Positions 9,017-18,621 of a stretch of 46,524 bases of DNA are shown in pieces. Numbering within the stretch: the stretch's first letter is position 1; every line of letters begins with the position of its first letter. Under the pieces are notes generated by a model. It worked only from the letters and a program-made list of their open reading frames with translations, made no database searches and had not been told where the DNA came from. Source of the DNA: Spirochaetota bacterium. GTDB lineage: Bacteria; Spirochaetota; UBA4802; JAFGDQ01. The DNA lies in contig JAZDKB010000030.1 in the NCBI GenBank assembly GCA_043803405.1, forward strand, positions 1 to 46,524. Reading direction: 5' to 3'. A program made the translations under genes and the position numbers.

Positions 9017-9052
9017 ATAAGCATCCTTAAAGGGACAAACGTCACAAAAAAA
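9017..9052 (-). promoter_or_regulatory. Putative autoregulatory ECF promoter (TTTTTGTGAC-N18-GCTTAT)
   Basis: Directly upstream of the sigma ATG; repeated at 3190 and 4130. Confidence 0.7.
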
Positions 9053-9062
9053 TTAAAATGAA

Positions 9063-9221
9063 TTATTTATTTCTAAAAAATTGAATAATAGCTGCAATTG
9101 TTCCGGTTGTTGCTATAATACTTATTATTATATTGTATTCATTGGGATAATCTAAAGATACAATCGCTAAAACCAATGCGATCATAAGGCTGGATAAAAA
9201 AATGAGGAATTTATCGATCAC
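9063..9221 (-). CDS. Small 2-TM membrane protein (52 aa), not in ORF track
   Basis: GTG start overlapping the upstream TGA (GTGA); MIDKFLIFLSSLMIALVLAIVSLDYPNEYNIIISIIATTGTIAAIIQFFRNK. Confidence 0.5.
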   Translation of the reverse strand: MIDKFLIFLSSLMIALVLAIVSLDYPNEYNIIISIIATTGTIAAIIQFFRNK

Positions 9222-9331
9222 GGCTTTTGACGTAATTCTTTATCGATATGGTTATTTATTAAACGGATAGCGCTCATGACAAGTACATAAATCCACGTCG
9301 TCAGCGCAATTACTATCAGGATAAGTTTCAT
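9218..9331 (-). CDS. Small single-TM protein (37 aa), not in ORF track
   Basis: GGGAGAAGG SD; MKLILIVIALTTWIYVLVMSAIRLINNHIDKELRQKP; TTGACA-N17-TATTTT upstream. Confidence 0.5.
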   Translation of the reverse strand: MKLILIVIALTTWIYVLVMSAIRLINNHIDKELRQKP

Positions 9332-9544
9332 ATACCTTCTCCCTAATCGAGACTAATAAATAAAATAGTTATTTTTAAATATATTGTCAACCTTTTTATA
9401 TTGCGGCACAATGCCATAGAATGTTTAAAATGAAACGTAATATTATTTTTATTATCTCATAAATTTTTATTGCTTTTTTTTAATTTACTATCATTATGAA
9501 CGACCCTCGGTTATTTCCAATATATGGGTCAAAGGAAATAATGT

Positions 9545-11848
9545 ATGGAACTCAATGAAATAATTAAAACAGATAAAGACAGATTATTCATACTTGATAA
9601 CGAATGCTTTATCATTTTTACAGCAGACAATATAAGCGATGAAAAACCGTTTATACGCATAGGCAACTGGATAGACCTTCCTCCGGAAAGCATCCCTTTA
9701 ATTGAAAACATAATTGTGACGGATTCCATTACAGGAAATCCGGCTCATGAGCAATTCAATATTGATCCTCAATTTCTTTCAACTAACCGCTACATAGGCA
9801 GCAGCCAGGTTGTGTATAATTATCTCAGTTTTCAGAAAGACTTCGGGCTGGATCTGAACAACGCATCGGTTGTTGATGTTGAAAAGGATTTGCCGAATTT
9901 TTCAAAAGAGAAATCTATTTCCAGCAAGGATTCTTTTCTGGGAATTTTTTACCGCAACGGTAATTTCCGCGTAATATATAAGGATGAAAATCTTTTTGAT
10001 TTAAATGAATTTGAGAATAAATACCAGACAAGCATAAAAAGGCACGATCTTGTCTCTGATAAAAACAAGGCATTATCTGCATATACAGGTTCCGGCATTA
10101 TTGTTATTGATAATTCAGCCATTTTTTACAAGAACAGATTTTTTACAGCTTACCTTTTTCCAAAAGAATATCTCGATATATTTGATAAGTTAAATATTGA
10201 TCCTGCTAAAATAAGGGAGCTTATTCTGCCTGCGGGCAGCATAGCCGGCATTACGGATTTTCTTAAGTGGATCAATTCACGGAAAAGTCTTATAAAAATA
10301 TTTTTCGCATCTAAAAGCGCGCTTATCCCTGTGCAAAAGCTTTTCCCCAGTGCCGTCATAAAAGCAAACGATTTCCATGGCCATTCATTTGAAACAGGCG
10401 ACGGCCTCTCGGTGCACAATTATCCCGGATCATTAAACGAAAAACTTACCTATAAAAATGTTGTCCCTTCCCGCAAAAAACTGGAGCTGGGATTCATTAA
10501 GGAGTATACAGGCATACAGGAAATATTAAAGGAAAAACTGGACGGCATAATTGTTCCCTTTACAATTTATGAACAGGCTTCACTGTATTTTAATTCATCT
10601 GATACTACTGTTTTATGCGTTGACGACGGGAATAAAAATATTTCCAAACTTAAAGACAAAGATATTATAATACTTAACCGGAAAGTAAAGTATGAATTTA
10701 ATAAATTCGAAGATGATGATCTGCTGCAAAACGCGCTGAAAACTATTTCGAACAAAGAAATAATCGAGTTTATAGAATCAAAAAATACTGAGGAAATAAA
10801 GAGAATATTATTCAACAATATTCATTTGAAAGATACTCTTGAGTTTGCGGATATAAAAGATTTTCTGAATATTATTTCCATACTCCGGATATTTTTAAAT
10901 ACAACAACCGACAGGAAATTTTCGGCTGATGTCCGGAAGATAGTTCAGAAAGCCGTTTCGTTATTCGATAAAGAAGCAATCATTTCGCAGGATATACACG
11001 CAGTAAAGATTTCTCTTTATTTTTATAAACATGCTGTTTTTGAATTCTATGATTCCTCGGATATGGCAATTTCGCAGAATACTGAAGCTGCTGACGCGCT
11101 TTCCGGCAGGATACAAACCGACAGGATCAGATTCAAAGAATTGCTGGAACTGTATAAAAAAACACAAACCAAATCCAAAAAAGAATTAACATCGCTTCAT
11201 GATGAAATCAGCAGAAGAAAGACAGTTTACAATACAGAGGAATTGCTTGCCGATCATAAACAATTAAAAAGAAATATATTAAAAATGAGATTAAAAAAAA
11301 TCTCTAAAGTTGCCTTATTACTTTTAATAATAGCTCTTCTTTCCTTGGTTTCAGTGAAAGGCTTTAATTATTTTATGGATTATCGTGAAAGCAAAAAGAT
11401 AGAAAGAGAAAAACAGGAAAAGCTGGAAGCTGAAAGAATTAAAACCGAAAAAGAAAAGAAAGAGAAAGCGGCGCTAGTAGAAAAATATCACATCCGGGTT
11501 TCGGACAGGGATATTTATATTTATGCGAATAAAGTCGCCAGAAAGAACGGCTACAGGGAGATCGAATATAAAGATCTGAAAGAAAAGAATCCTAACTGGA
11601 TTTTTCCGGGCAATGTGTTTTATCTTATGGACGGGGAGAAGGTTAATGTGATTGCGGGCGATACTCTGTGGGATATATCGGATAAAAAACTGATGGAAAC
11701 ACAGTTCGAATTATATAAGCTTATTGAGAAAATAGATGCGGCTAAATCAAAAACAGAAAAGGCCGAATTATTGGCTAAAGCACAGGGTTTTGCATTTTCC
11801 CAGAAGCATTTTAAAAAAATCGACGAGATAAAGCAGACGCTAAAATAA
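9545..11848 (+). CDS. Large membrane-anchored protein with C-terminal LysM-like motifs
   Basis: 767 aa; single TM near aa 590-610; coiled coil; KNPNWIFPG and GDTLWDIS motifs. Confidence 0.7.
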   Translation: MELNEIIKTDKDRLFILDNECFIIFTADNISDEKPFIRIGNWIDLPPESIPLIENIIVTDSITGNPAHEQFNIDPQFLSTNRYIGSSQVVYNYLSFQKDFGLDLNNASVVDVEKDLPNFSKEKSISSKDSFLGIFYRNGNFRVIYKDENLFDLNEFENKYQTSIKRHDLVSDKNKALSAYTGSGIIVIDNSAIFYKNRFFTAYLFPKEYLDIFDKLNIDPAKIRELILPAGSIAGITDFLKWINSRKSLIKIFFASKSALIPVQKLFPSAVIKANDFHGHSFETGDGLSVHNYPGSLNEKLTYKNVVPSRKKLELGFIKEYTGIQEILKEKLDGIIVPFTIYEQASLYFNSSDTTVLCVDDGNKNISKLKDKDIIILNRKVKYEFNKFEDDDLLQNALKTISNKEIIEFIESKNTEEIKRILFNNIHLKDTLEFADIKDFLNIISILRIFLNTTTDRKFSADVRKIVQKAVSLFDKEAIISQDIHAVKISLYFYKHAVFEFYDSSDMAISQNTEAADALSGRIQTDRIRFKELLELYKKTQTKSKKELTSLHDEISRRKTVYNTEELLADHKQLKRNILKMRLKKISKVALLLLIIALLSLVSVKGFNYFMDYRESKKIEREKQEKLEAERIKTEKEKKEKAALVEKYHIRVSDRDIYIYANKVARKNGYREIEYKDLKEKNPNWIFPGNVFYLMDGEKVNVIAGDTLWDISDKKLMETQFELYKLIEKIDAAKSKTEKAELLAKAQGFAFSQKHFKKIDEIKQTLK

Positions 11849-11867
11849 GGGGCAGATTTTTTTTACT

Positions 11868-12455
11868 TTGGAACCGACGAATAAAATTAATTATTATATC
11901 GAACCTGTGGAGGTCGAGATTTATCTCAAAAAGTCGGGCATTGTCCGGACAATAATAAAAGATATGTTTATTGACCTTATAGATGTTGAGCCGGCTAATG
12001 ATTACAGCAAAGAAATATTTAATTATTTTAAAGAAAGAAATGAACCGATAGATCTCATTGAAATCATGAATGCTTTCCCGCAGTATATGCCTGTTATCTT
12101 TGAGTCATATTATCACAGAATGAGTCTTTACGAAAAAGTCAGCATGCACTATAAAGAAGCTCTTACGGGAAGCATAGACTCTTTAAGGCTGTCTATTTAT
12201 TTTACAGAGCTTTTAATTAAATACGAACCGACAATCGCATCCGCTAATTACATCGGGGATTATCAGACTCATAATTTAAATTATTTAATAAGAAGGCTGA
12301 ATGAACTTGACCAGAGGTTCCTGCTGGAGGATTCAACTGCAAGGTATTTAATCAAAAGGCGGAATAAAGCCTTTGAGGGCAAACCACGCGACAGGGAATT
12401 TGAAAAACTTGTTGAGTTGTGGGAATATAACGTGAAAAAAGGCAAGACAATATAA
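11868..12455 (+). CDS. Hypothetical protein
   Basis: 195-aa ORF with TTG start, co-directional 19 bp after the previous gene. Confidence 0.75.
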   Translation: MEPTNKINYYIEPVEVEIYLKKSGIVRTIIKDMFIDLIDVEPANDYSKEIFNYFKERNEPIDLIEIMNAFPQYMPVIFESYYHRMSLYEKVSMHYKEALTGSIDSLRLSIYFTELLIKYEPTIASANYIGDYQTHNLNYLIRRLNELDQRFLLEDSTARYLIKRRNKAFEGKPRDREFEKLVELWEYNVKKGKTI

Positions 12456-12456
12456 A

Positions 12457-12500
12457 CCCCCTCTGTCCTTCGGACATCTCCCCCTTATATTAGGGGGAGA
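12457..12500. repeat. REP-like double hairpin between convergent genes
   Basis: TGTCC-TTC-GGACA and TCTCCCCCT-TATATT-AGGGGGAGA. Confidence 0.6.
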
Positions 12501-12549
12501 AAAAACAAACTTGTATTGCTTTTTGGGGATTGGAGAAAAAAGTAAGTAA

Positions 12550-13428
12550 TCATACATCAAAAGTCTGCTTTTCCATGGCAGCATAAACTTCCAGATCATA
12601 ACCCTTTGCTTTTATCTTTTCTCTGTAATGTTCAACTAGATAGTCCAGCTGATTATCCGATCTCAGCGGATCATGATGAAAAAAGAAGAGCTTTTTAATG
12701 CCTGTTTTAATTGCCATATTGACTGAATCATGAGTTGTACTGTGCCCCCATCCTTTGTGGCTTTCGTACTCCGAAGGAATATATTGCGAGTCAGTTACAA
12801 GAGTATCGGCGCCGTTAACAAACTGGATAAGTCTTGTATTCATTTCGTCTGCAATATTGTCCACTTCATTATCATCGTCGTTATAGACATTATAATACGG
12901 TTCATTATCTCCCAGGTAAATAAACACAGTATCCTTATACCTGATCTTGTATCCAAGACATGTAACCGGATGATTAAGCATGGTTGTCTCAATTTTAAAA
13001 TTACCGAGTGTGAATGATTCTTCTTTCAGTTCCCTGAACTTAATGTCAGCCTGCAGTTCTTCTGTCCTTACGGGAAAATACGAATAAGTCATTTGCCCTC
13101 TCATTATTTCTTCCAGGGATTTTTCAAAAGTGCCCGGGCCATAAATTGTAATTTTGTTCCCCGGAATAAAAGAAGGCGCGAAAAAAGGAAAGCCGCTTAT
13201 ATGATCCCAGTGAGGATGTGAAATAAATATATGTATATCGTGTTTTTTCGAAAGATCAAGAGAGTCGGAAAGCGTTCTTATGCCTGTGCCTGCATCAAAG
13301 ACGATCCAGTCCCCGTCTTCCGATCTTATTTCGAGACATGCAGTGTTCCCGCCGTATTTCATTGTTTTTGGGCCTGGAACAGGTATTGAACCCCTTGTCC
13401 CGAAGAATGTCAGTTTTAATCCTGCCAT
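12550..13428 (-). CDS. MBL-fold metallo-hydrolase (RNase Z/phosphodiesterase-like)
   Basis: GTRGS, DAGTG, SHPHWDH, GWGHS and FHHDP motifs. Confidence 0.9.
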   Translation of the reverse strand: MAGLKLTFFGTRGSIPVPGPKTMKYGGNTACLEIRSEDGDWIVFDAGTGIRTLSDSLDLSKKHDIHIFISHPHWDHISGFPFFAPSFIPGNKITIYGPGTFEKSLEEIMRGQMTYSYFPVRTEELQADIKFRELKEESFTLGNFKIETTMLNHPVTCLGYKIRYKDTVFIYLGDNEPYYNVYNDDDNEVDNIADEMNTRLIQFVNGADTLVTDSQYIPSEYESHKGWGHSTTHDSVNMAIKTGIKKLFFFHHDPLRSDNQLDYLVEHYREKIKAKGYDLEVYAAMEKQTFDV

Positions 13429-13430
13429 AG

Positions 13431-14279
13431 TTATTTTAAAAAGAGCTTTGCTTTTTCCATCTCCTCGTTTATTGGCGATAAAGCTGCAAAAACCTTTGCT
13501 TCATCTATCTGTAAAGCATTCCATACTTCTTCCGGCACAGGATCGATTTTGTGATTTCCGCTGAATCCGATTTGCAGAATTTTTACGAATGTATCGGCAA
13601 TTGAAACTATCATTGATACTATTGCAGAACTTCCGGTTGTGACCGGATTATGGTGTTTCCCTACCGCAAAAAGCAGCGGGCTTTCGAAGTTCCACTTTTT
13701 CCCTATCGCTATGCCTATTTCTTCGTGTGAAAGCTTTAAAACCTGTTTTTCTATATCGATAATGGATATGTTCTTTTCAGAAGAAATATCCAGTATTTTA
13801 TTCATTTCGTCACTAAAAAAATTGTTGATAAGCACTTTACCTATATCGTGAATTAAACCGGCAATAAAATACTCTTCAAGAAATTTAGGATCAACGCCAA
13901 GTTCTTTTGCTATTAACTTGGAGGCAACGGCTACACCCAGCGAATGCTGCCAGAAATCGTTCCCGCTCAGTTTGGTCTTTTCTTTTATCCGCACATTACC
14001 GGCAAATGATGAAGAGAGCGCAACGTTTTTTACAGTGTTGATTCCCAGCATAACTATTGTCTGCTTAAGGGACTTTACCTTTTGCGGCAGTCCGAAGTAT
14101 GCAGAGTTTACCATTTTTATAACCTTTGCGGTTAAAACAGGATCAAGCTGAATAACATTCGTAAGATCCTGCGCAGATGATTTTCTGTCGTTTGCAACCT
14201 GAATTATTTTATGTGTTAAAGGAGAAAGAGTCGGCATTTTTTCGATGGAGTCTTTAACCTTTTTAATTATCTGTTCCAT
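13431..14279 (-). CDS. HDOD domain protein
   Basis: DPVLTAKVIKMVNSAYFG, FWQHS, AGLIHDIGK and KWNF...HH motifs. Confidence 0.92.
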   Translation of the reverse strand: MEQIIKKVKDSIEKMPTLSPLTHKIIQVANDRKSSAQDLTNVIQLDPVLTAKVIKMVNSAYFGLPQKVKSLKQTIVMLGINTVKNVALSSSFAGNVRIKEKTKLSGNDFWQHSLGVAVASKLIAKELGVDPKFLEEYFIAGLIHDIGKVLINNFFSDEMNKILDISSEKNISIIDIEKQVLKLSHEEIGIAIGKKWNFESPLLFAVGKHHNPVTTGSSAIVSMIVSIADTFVKILQIGFSGNHKIDPVPEEVWNALQIDEAKVFAALSPINEEMEKAKLFLK

Positions 14280-14759
14280 TAGACCTGTAATTGCAACTAT
14301 TCTGCCGCAAAATTAAATTGATGAAAAATGTGTCTTTATGAAATATATTATACCACCCGATTTACACAAGACTTTAGATAAAGTGCCTTCTTAAAACCTA
14401 TGGAAAATATATTCAATTTATTAAAGTTTAAGGATGCGCTCTTATTTAAGAGACGGCATATTGCATTAATTTTTTAATAAAAAAACCAGTAGAAGATATC
14501 AAGCACGATCAATAACCAGAATAAAACAATATAAAAGACAAATAATGCCGATATGTATTTTTTTACAGCTATTGTTTTAATGGCAGGGCCTCTTTTTTAA
14601 TATCTGTGTTCGTTAATAAGCTTAAGAATTATATCTCGATCTGCTTTTCCCGGGAAGCATAGAGTGCATCTAAAATTCATTATTATCTCCGTTATACTAC
14701 ATATCAATATTTTGGTTTTAGTAATATTGTAAAATAACTACATTACCATTATTTTAAAA

Positions 14760-14790
14760 AGGGGAGAAAAACGGAATATTTCTCTCCCCT
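14760..14790. terminator. Probable terminator of the OmpA operon
   Basis: GGGGAGA...TCTCCCC stem with an A-run at 14756-14760 (U-tract on the minus strand). Confidence 0.5.
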
Positions 14791-14899
14791 GTCATTCATC
14801 AATATTACTTTTAAGCGTTAATGAATGTTTTAAAAATTTTCTCCTGTTTTAATTCCGGATAAATTTTGTTTTTCAGTGTTCCATCGGACTCCGGTTAAT

Positions 14900-15964
14900 T
14901 TATTTCTGGCTGATTCTCGGAATAACGACAATATCTACTCTGCGGTTTAAAGCTTTATTTTCGGGCGTATCGTTTGAAACAATAGGCCTGAATTCGCCGT
15001 AACCGGCTGCAGCAAACCTGATCGGATCAAGCTTCGCGTTTTTCAGCAAGTAATTCAGAACAGCTAAAGCACGCTCAGTTGAAAGCTGCCAGTTGTCCCT
15101 GAACCGCTTTGTGCTGATAGGGACGTTATCCGTATGGCCTTCAACAATTATTGTGTATTCGGGATAGCTTGATAATATTTTGGCTATTTTATCGAGAGCA
15201 TTTAAAACTCCCTTCTTAAGATCCGACTGGCCGGAGTCAAAGGAAATCTTATCATCAATATTAATAATAAGTTTTTCATGAAGTCTTTTTAATCGGATTT
15301 CTCCTTTTTTAATTTCATTTTCAAGTTGTTTCTCTAGTTCACCAGCCTGCATAGCCATACGGTCAAGTTCTTTCTTTTGAGATTCGCTCAGCTTTTTTAT
15401 CTCGGATAATTCGTTTGCCATGGTCCTTAAGCGCAGCTCTAATTCGGATAGCTTCTTTTCGTATTCAGATTTTTGCTTTGCGAGTTCGGCTACCTTTGCT
15501 TCGCGCTCCTTTTGCAGCTCGGCGCGCAGTTTATCGCCGTCTTCCTTGCATTTCTTCTGCAAAGCCCTGTTCTCTTCAACTAATTCTTTTTCCCTGTCGC
15601 CTCCTTTTTTTTGCAGAATATCCCTTATGTTTTCCAGTTCCTTTATTCTCCCCTGGCATGCCTTAAGGTCATCTTCTCTTTTCTTTTCGGAAAGCATGAC
15701 TTTGCTGTTCAGATCGTCAATGTTCTTTTGCAGCTCTTTAATCCGTGCTTCCAGGTTCGCGCGTTCGTTTGTAAACTGCGTTTTAAGCACTTTAATTTCG
15801 AGTTCCACCGCGACCTTTTCATTATATATTGCATTATACTCACTTGAAGAATAAAAAAGGTCGGCTTTTGCCGGAGATGTAAAAATCGCCATGCATATTA
15901 AAACGCATGGGATTATGAATAGATTATATTTTGATATTAACAAAAATATTTTATTAACTTTCAT
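14900..15964 (-). CDS. OmpA/MotB-family peptidoglycan-binding protein with a long coiled coil
   Basis: VEGHTDNVPI, NWQLSTERA, GYGEFRP and NRRVDI motifs. Confidence 0.9.
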   Translation of the reverse strand: MKVNKIFLLISKYNLFIIPCVLICMAIFTSPAKADLFYSSSEYNAIYNEKVAVELEIKVLKTQFTNERANLEARIKELQKNIDDLNSKVMLSEKKREDDLKACQGRIKELENIRDILQKKGGDREKELVEENRALQKKCKEDGDKLRAELQKEREAKVAELAKQKSEYEKKLSELELRLRTMANELSEIKKLSESQKKELDRMAMQAGELEKQLENEIKKGEIRLKRLHEKLIINIDDKISFDSGQSDLKKGVLNALDKIAKILSSYPEYTIIVEGHTDNVPISTKRFRDNWQLSTERALAVLNYLLKNAKLDPIRFAAAGYGEFRPIVSNDTPENKALNRRVDIVVIPRISQK

Positions 15965-16623
15965 TTATCTCCCTCGTATCCGGTGTTTTTTAATTTCTCT
16001 TGGGCATCGGAAGTAATTTTAGCAGCCTTTTGATATTCTTTTTGATAATCTTCCAGCTTTATTTTTTGATCATCCATGAATTTCTTATAGTCTGTTTCAT
16101 CGATCATGTTTTTCGCATATTCTTTTTGTCTCTTCATCTGATATGCTTTTGCAATTAGAGCTTTTTCATAACTCAATTCCGCGACTTTGACCGCAAGCTC
16201 GGATTTTTTTACTTCCAGAAGAGCGTTTGTCTCATCTTTTTTAGCTGTAGAGTATTCCTGTTTTGCTTTAGCCTGAATAAGCTTAAGATTATTGGCTTCT
16301 TTTTGCTTTTGAATTTCCGCGAGTTTGCTGTCTCCGGTTGCTGTATATAATTTTTCTTTTTCTTCCAAAGAGGCATTCGTGGCGCTAATCTCGGTAACTT
16401 CTTTTTTGCTTAATTCAGCTTTTAACGCCGCAATTTCGGCATCTTTCTCAATTACATCTTTATCCTTCTTTTTTGCGATTATATCCGTACCAATCTTGTC
16501 AAGTTTGACATTTTCTTCACTGGTTTTTTCTTTTAAATAAACATCATCAATGGGGTCGGGCATTGTCAGGCATCCTGAGAGAATAACCGAAGTTGCAATT
16601 AATAATGCCATCATGTATTTCAT
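15961..16623 (-). CDS. Coiled-coil lipoprotein
   Basis: LSGC lipobox; K/E-rich helical sequence; ATGA overlap with the OmpA gene. Confidence 0.8.
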   Translation of the reverse strand: MKYMMALLIATSVILSGCLTMPDPIDDVYLKEKTSEENVKLDKIGTDIIAKKKDKDVIEKDAEIAALKAELSKKEVTEISATNASLEEKEKLYTATGDSKLAEIQKQKEANNLKLIQAKAKQEYSTAKKDETNALLEVKKSELAVKVAELSYEKALIAKAYQMKRQKEYAKNMIDETDYKKFMDDQKIKLEDYQKEYQKAAKITSDAQEKLKNTGYEGDK

Positions 16624-16880
16624 ATTTAATATCCTCCAAATATAGTTTTTTATATGATATATATTAGTTTGTCTTGCAGGTCAAGCAAAATCTTGGATAA
16701 AGAGAGTGGCTCAAAATCTGACTTATTATAACTCAGATTGTTTATTATTTAACGTCCGGAACGCAAAGTCGTGCAGAGTGAGCCTCATTTTTTTGGCAAG
16801 TCTCTGCTTCCTTTGCTGTCTTTAACTTAAATAAAAGCGGATATTTTTGCCTGTTGAATTGTGCTCCTGACGTGTCTGTT

Positions 16881-18434
16881 TTACAGCGGTATGTTGCCGT
16901 GCTTTTTAGGGGGATTGGTGTCCTCTTTGCCGTACAGCATTTCGAGCGCTTTAATTATACGCTTACGAGTTTCCCTCGGCTGAAGCACATCGTCTATGTA
17001 GCCCCTGCTGGCAGCCTGGTAAGGATTCGTGAATTTCTCCATGTATTCGTCTTCCTTTTGCGTGCGTATTTTTTCTTTATCCGCTTCCGGCGCTTCCTTA
17101 AGCTCTCTCCCGTAAACGATCTCAACAGCTCCCTGTTTGCCCATTACGGCGATCTCTGCGGACGGCCATGCGTAATTTATATCGCCCCTTAAATGCTTTG
17201 AACTCATTACAATATAGGCGCCGCCGTAAGCCTTTCTCAGTATTACGGAAATTTTCGGCACTGTAGCCTCGGCATAAGCGTAAATAAGTTTTGCGCCGTG
17301 CTTAATAATCCCGTGGTATTCCTGTTTTGTTCCAGGCATATATCCGGGCACATCCACTAAAGTTATAATAGGAATATTAAAGCAGTCACAAAAGCGGACA
17401 AATCGTGCTGCTTTCATTGAAGCATTATAATCCAGCACGCCGGCAAAATGATCCGGCTGATTTGCAACAAAACCAACAGGTTTGCCGTTAAGGCGCGCAA
17501 AACCAATAACGATATTCGGAGCAAATTTAGCCTGAATTTCAAAGAAATCGCCGTTATCTACTATTGAATTAATTATCAGTTTAATATTATAAGGATATTT
17601 TGAATTGTCGGGCATCATGGTTTCGAGTTCCGGGCATTCCCTGTCAATAGGATCCGTGCATTCTTTTACAGGAGGATATTCCTTATTGCTGGACGGTAAA
17701 AAAGACAGGAGGCGTTTAATAATATCGATTGCTTCTTTATCCGAATCTGCCGCAAAGTGAGCTACTCCGGAATTTACGCTGTGCACATGCCATCCTCCCA
17801 GATTTTCAGTGGTAACATTCTCGCTTGTTACGGATTTAACGACTTTAGGCCCTGTAATAAACATATAGCTGGATTCTTTAACCATAATGTTAAAGTCTGT
17901 GATCGCCGGCGAGTATACGGATCCGCCTGCGCATGGCCCAAAAAGCCCGGATATTTGCGGAATAACGCCTGAAAACATTGTGTTCCGCAGGAATATTTCG
18001 CCGTAACCGCAAAGCGAATCAATTCCCTCCTGCACTCTTGCGCCGCCGGAATCGTTTAAACCTATTACAGGTGCGCCTACCTTTGCTGCCTTATCCATTA
18101 CCTTGCATATCTTTTCCGAAACAGTAATGGAAAGCGATCCCCCAAGGACGGTGAAATCGTATGCGAATACAAAAACAATCCTGCCGTCAACAGTGCCGTG
18201 GCCAACAATAACTCCGTCACCGGGATAGCGATTATTATCCATATCAAAGTCGAAACAGCGATGTTCTTTGAACATATCAAACTCTTCAAAACTGCCTTCA
18301 TCCAGCAGATGTAAAATCCGTTCCCTTGCCGTTAAACGACCCTGCTTATGAATTTTATCGATTTTATCCTGACCGCCGCCAAGCAGCGCATCTTTTCGTT
18401 TTAATTCAAGTTTTTTAAATAATTCTTTACTCAT
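16881..18434 (-). CDS. Acyl-CoA carboxylase / methylmalonyl-CoA decarboxylase carboxyltransferase subunit (PccB/MmdA family)
   Basis: [40 protein letters not shown] and KKHGNIPL motifs. Confidence 0.95.
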   Translation of the reverse strand: MSKELFKKLELKRKDALLGGGQDKIDKIHKQGRLTARERILHLLDEGSFEEFDMFKEHRCFDFDMDNNRYPGDGVIVGHGTVDGRIVFVFAYDFTVLGGSLSITVSEKICKVMDKAAKVGAPVIGLNDSGGARVQEGIDSLCGYGEIFLRNTMFSGVIPQISGLFGPCAGGSVYSPAITDFNIMVKESSYMFITGPKVVKSVTSENVTTENLGGWHVHSVNSGVAHFAADSDKEAIDIIKRLLSFLPSSNKEYPPVKECTDPIDRECPELETMMPDNSKYPYNIKLIINSIVDNGDFFEIQAKFAPNIVIGFARLNGKPVGFVANQPDHFAGVLDYNASMKAARFVRFCDCFNIPIITLVDVPGYMPGTKQEYHGIIKHGAKLIYAYAEATVPKISVILRKAYGGAYIVMSSKHLRGDINYAWPSAEIAVMGKQGAVEIVYGRELKEAPEADKEKIRTQKEDEYMEKFTNPYQAASRGYIDDVLQPRETRKRIIKALEMLYGKEDTNPPKKHGNIPL

Positions 18435-18520
18435 TTATTGTCTCCGTTAATATCATTAAGCTTCGAAGAATAAGCTATATTGAATTGATTGCTTATGAAT
18501 TTAAAATATTTCCTTATCGA

Positions 18521-18534
18521 ACTGACTAGTCAGT
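18521..18534. promoter_or_regulatory. Perfect 14-bp palindromic operator ACTGACTAGTCAGT
   Basis: Lies just downstream of a minus-strand TTGACA-N17-TTATAT promoter for the carboxyltransferase gene. Confidence 0.65.
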
Positions 18535-18621
18535 CAAAACGGCATATAAAGTTATTTATTTCAATTTGTCAAGGGAAAAATTAGAAAAAACATAGTAAAA
18601 TTGAATTTTAATTAAATTACC

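Noticed and set aside
14476..14680. Small minus-strand ORFs (27 aa after GGAG; a hydrophobic 35-aa stretch after an in-frame stop)
   Set aside because: Short, the second needs an ATT start, and hydrophobicity is expected in AT-rich DNA.
16680..16830. c-di-GMP-I riboswitch (GCAAA / ACGCAAAG words)
   Set aside because: No GNRA-capped P2 stem at the right spacing, and the words are on the strand opposite the flanking genes.
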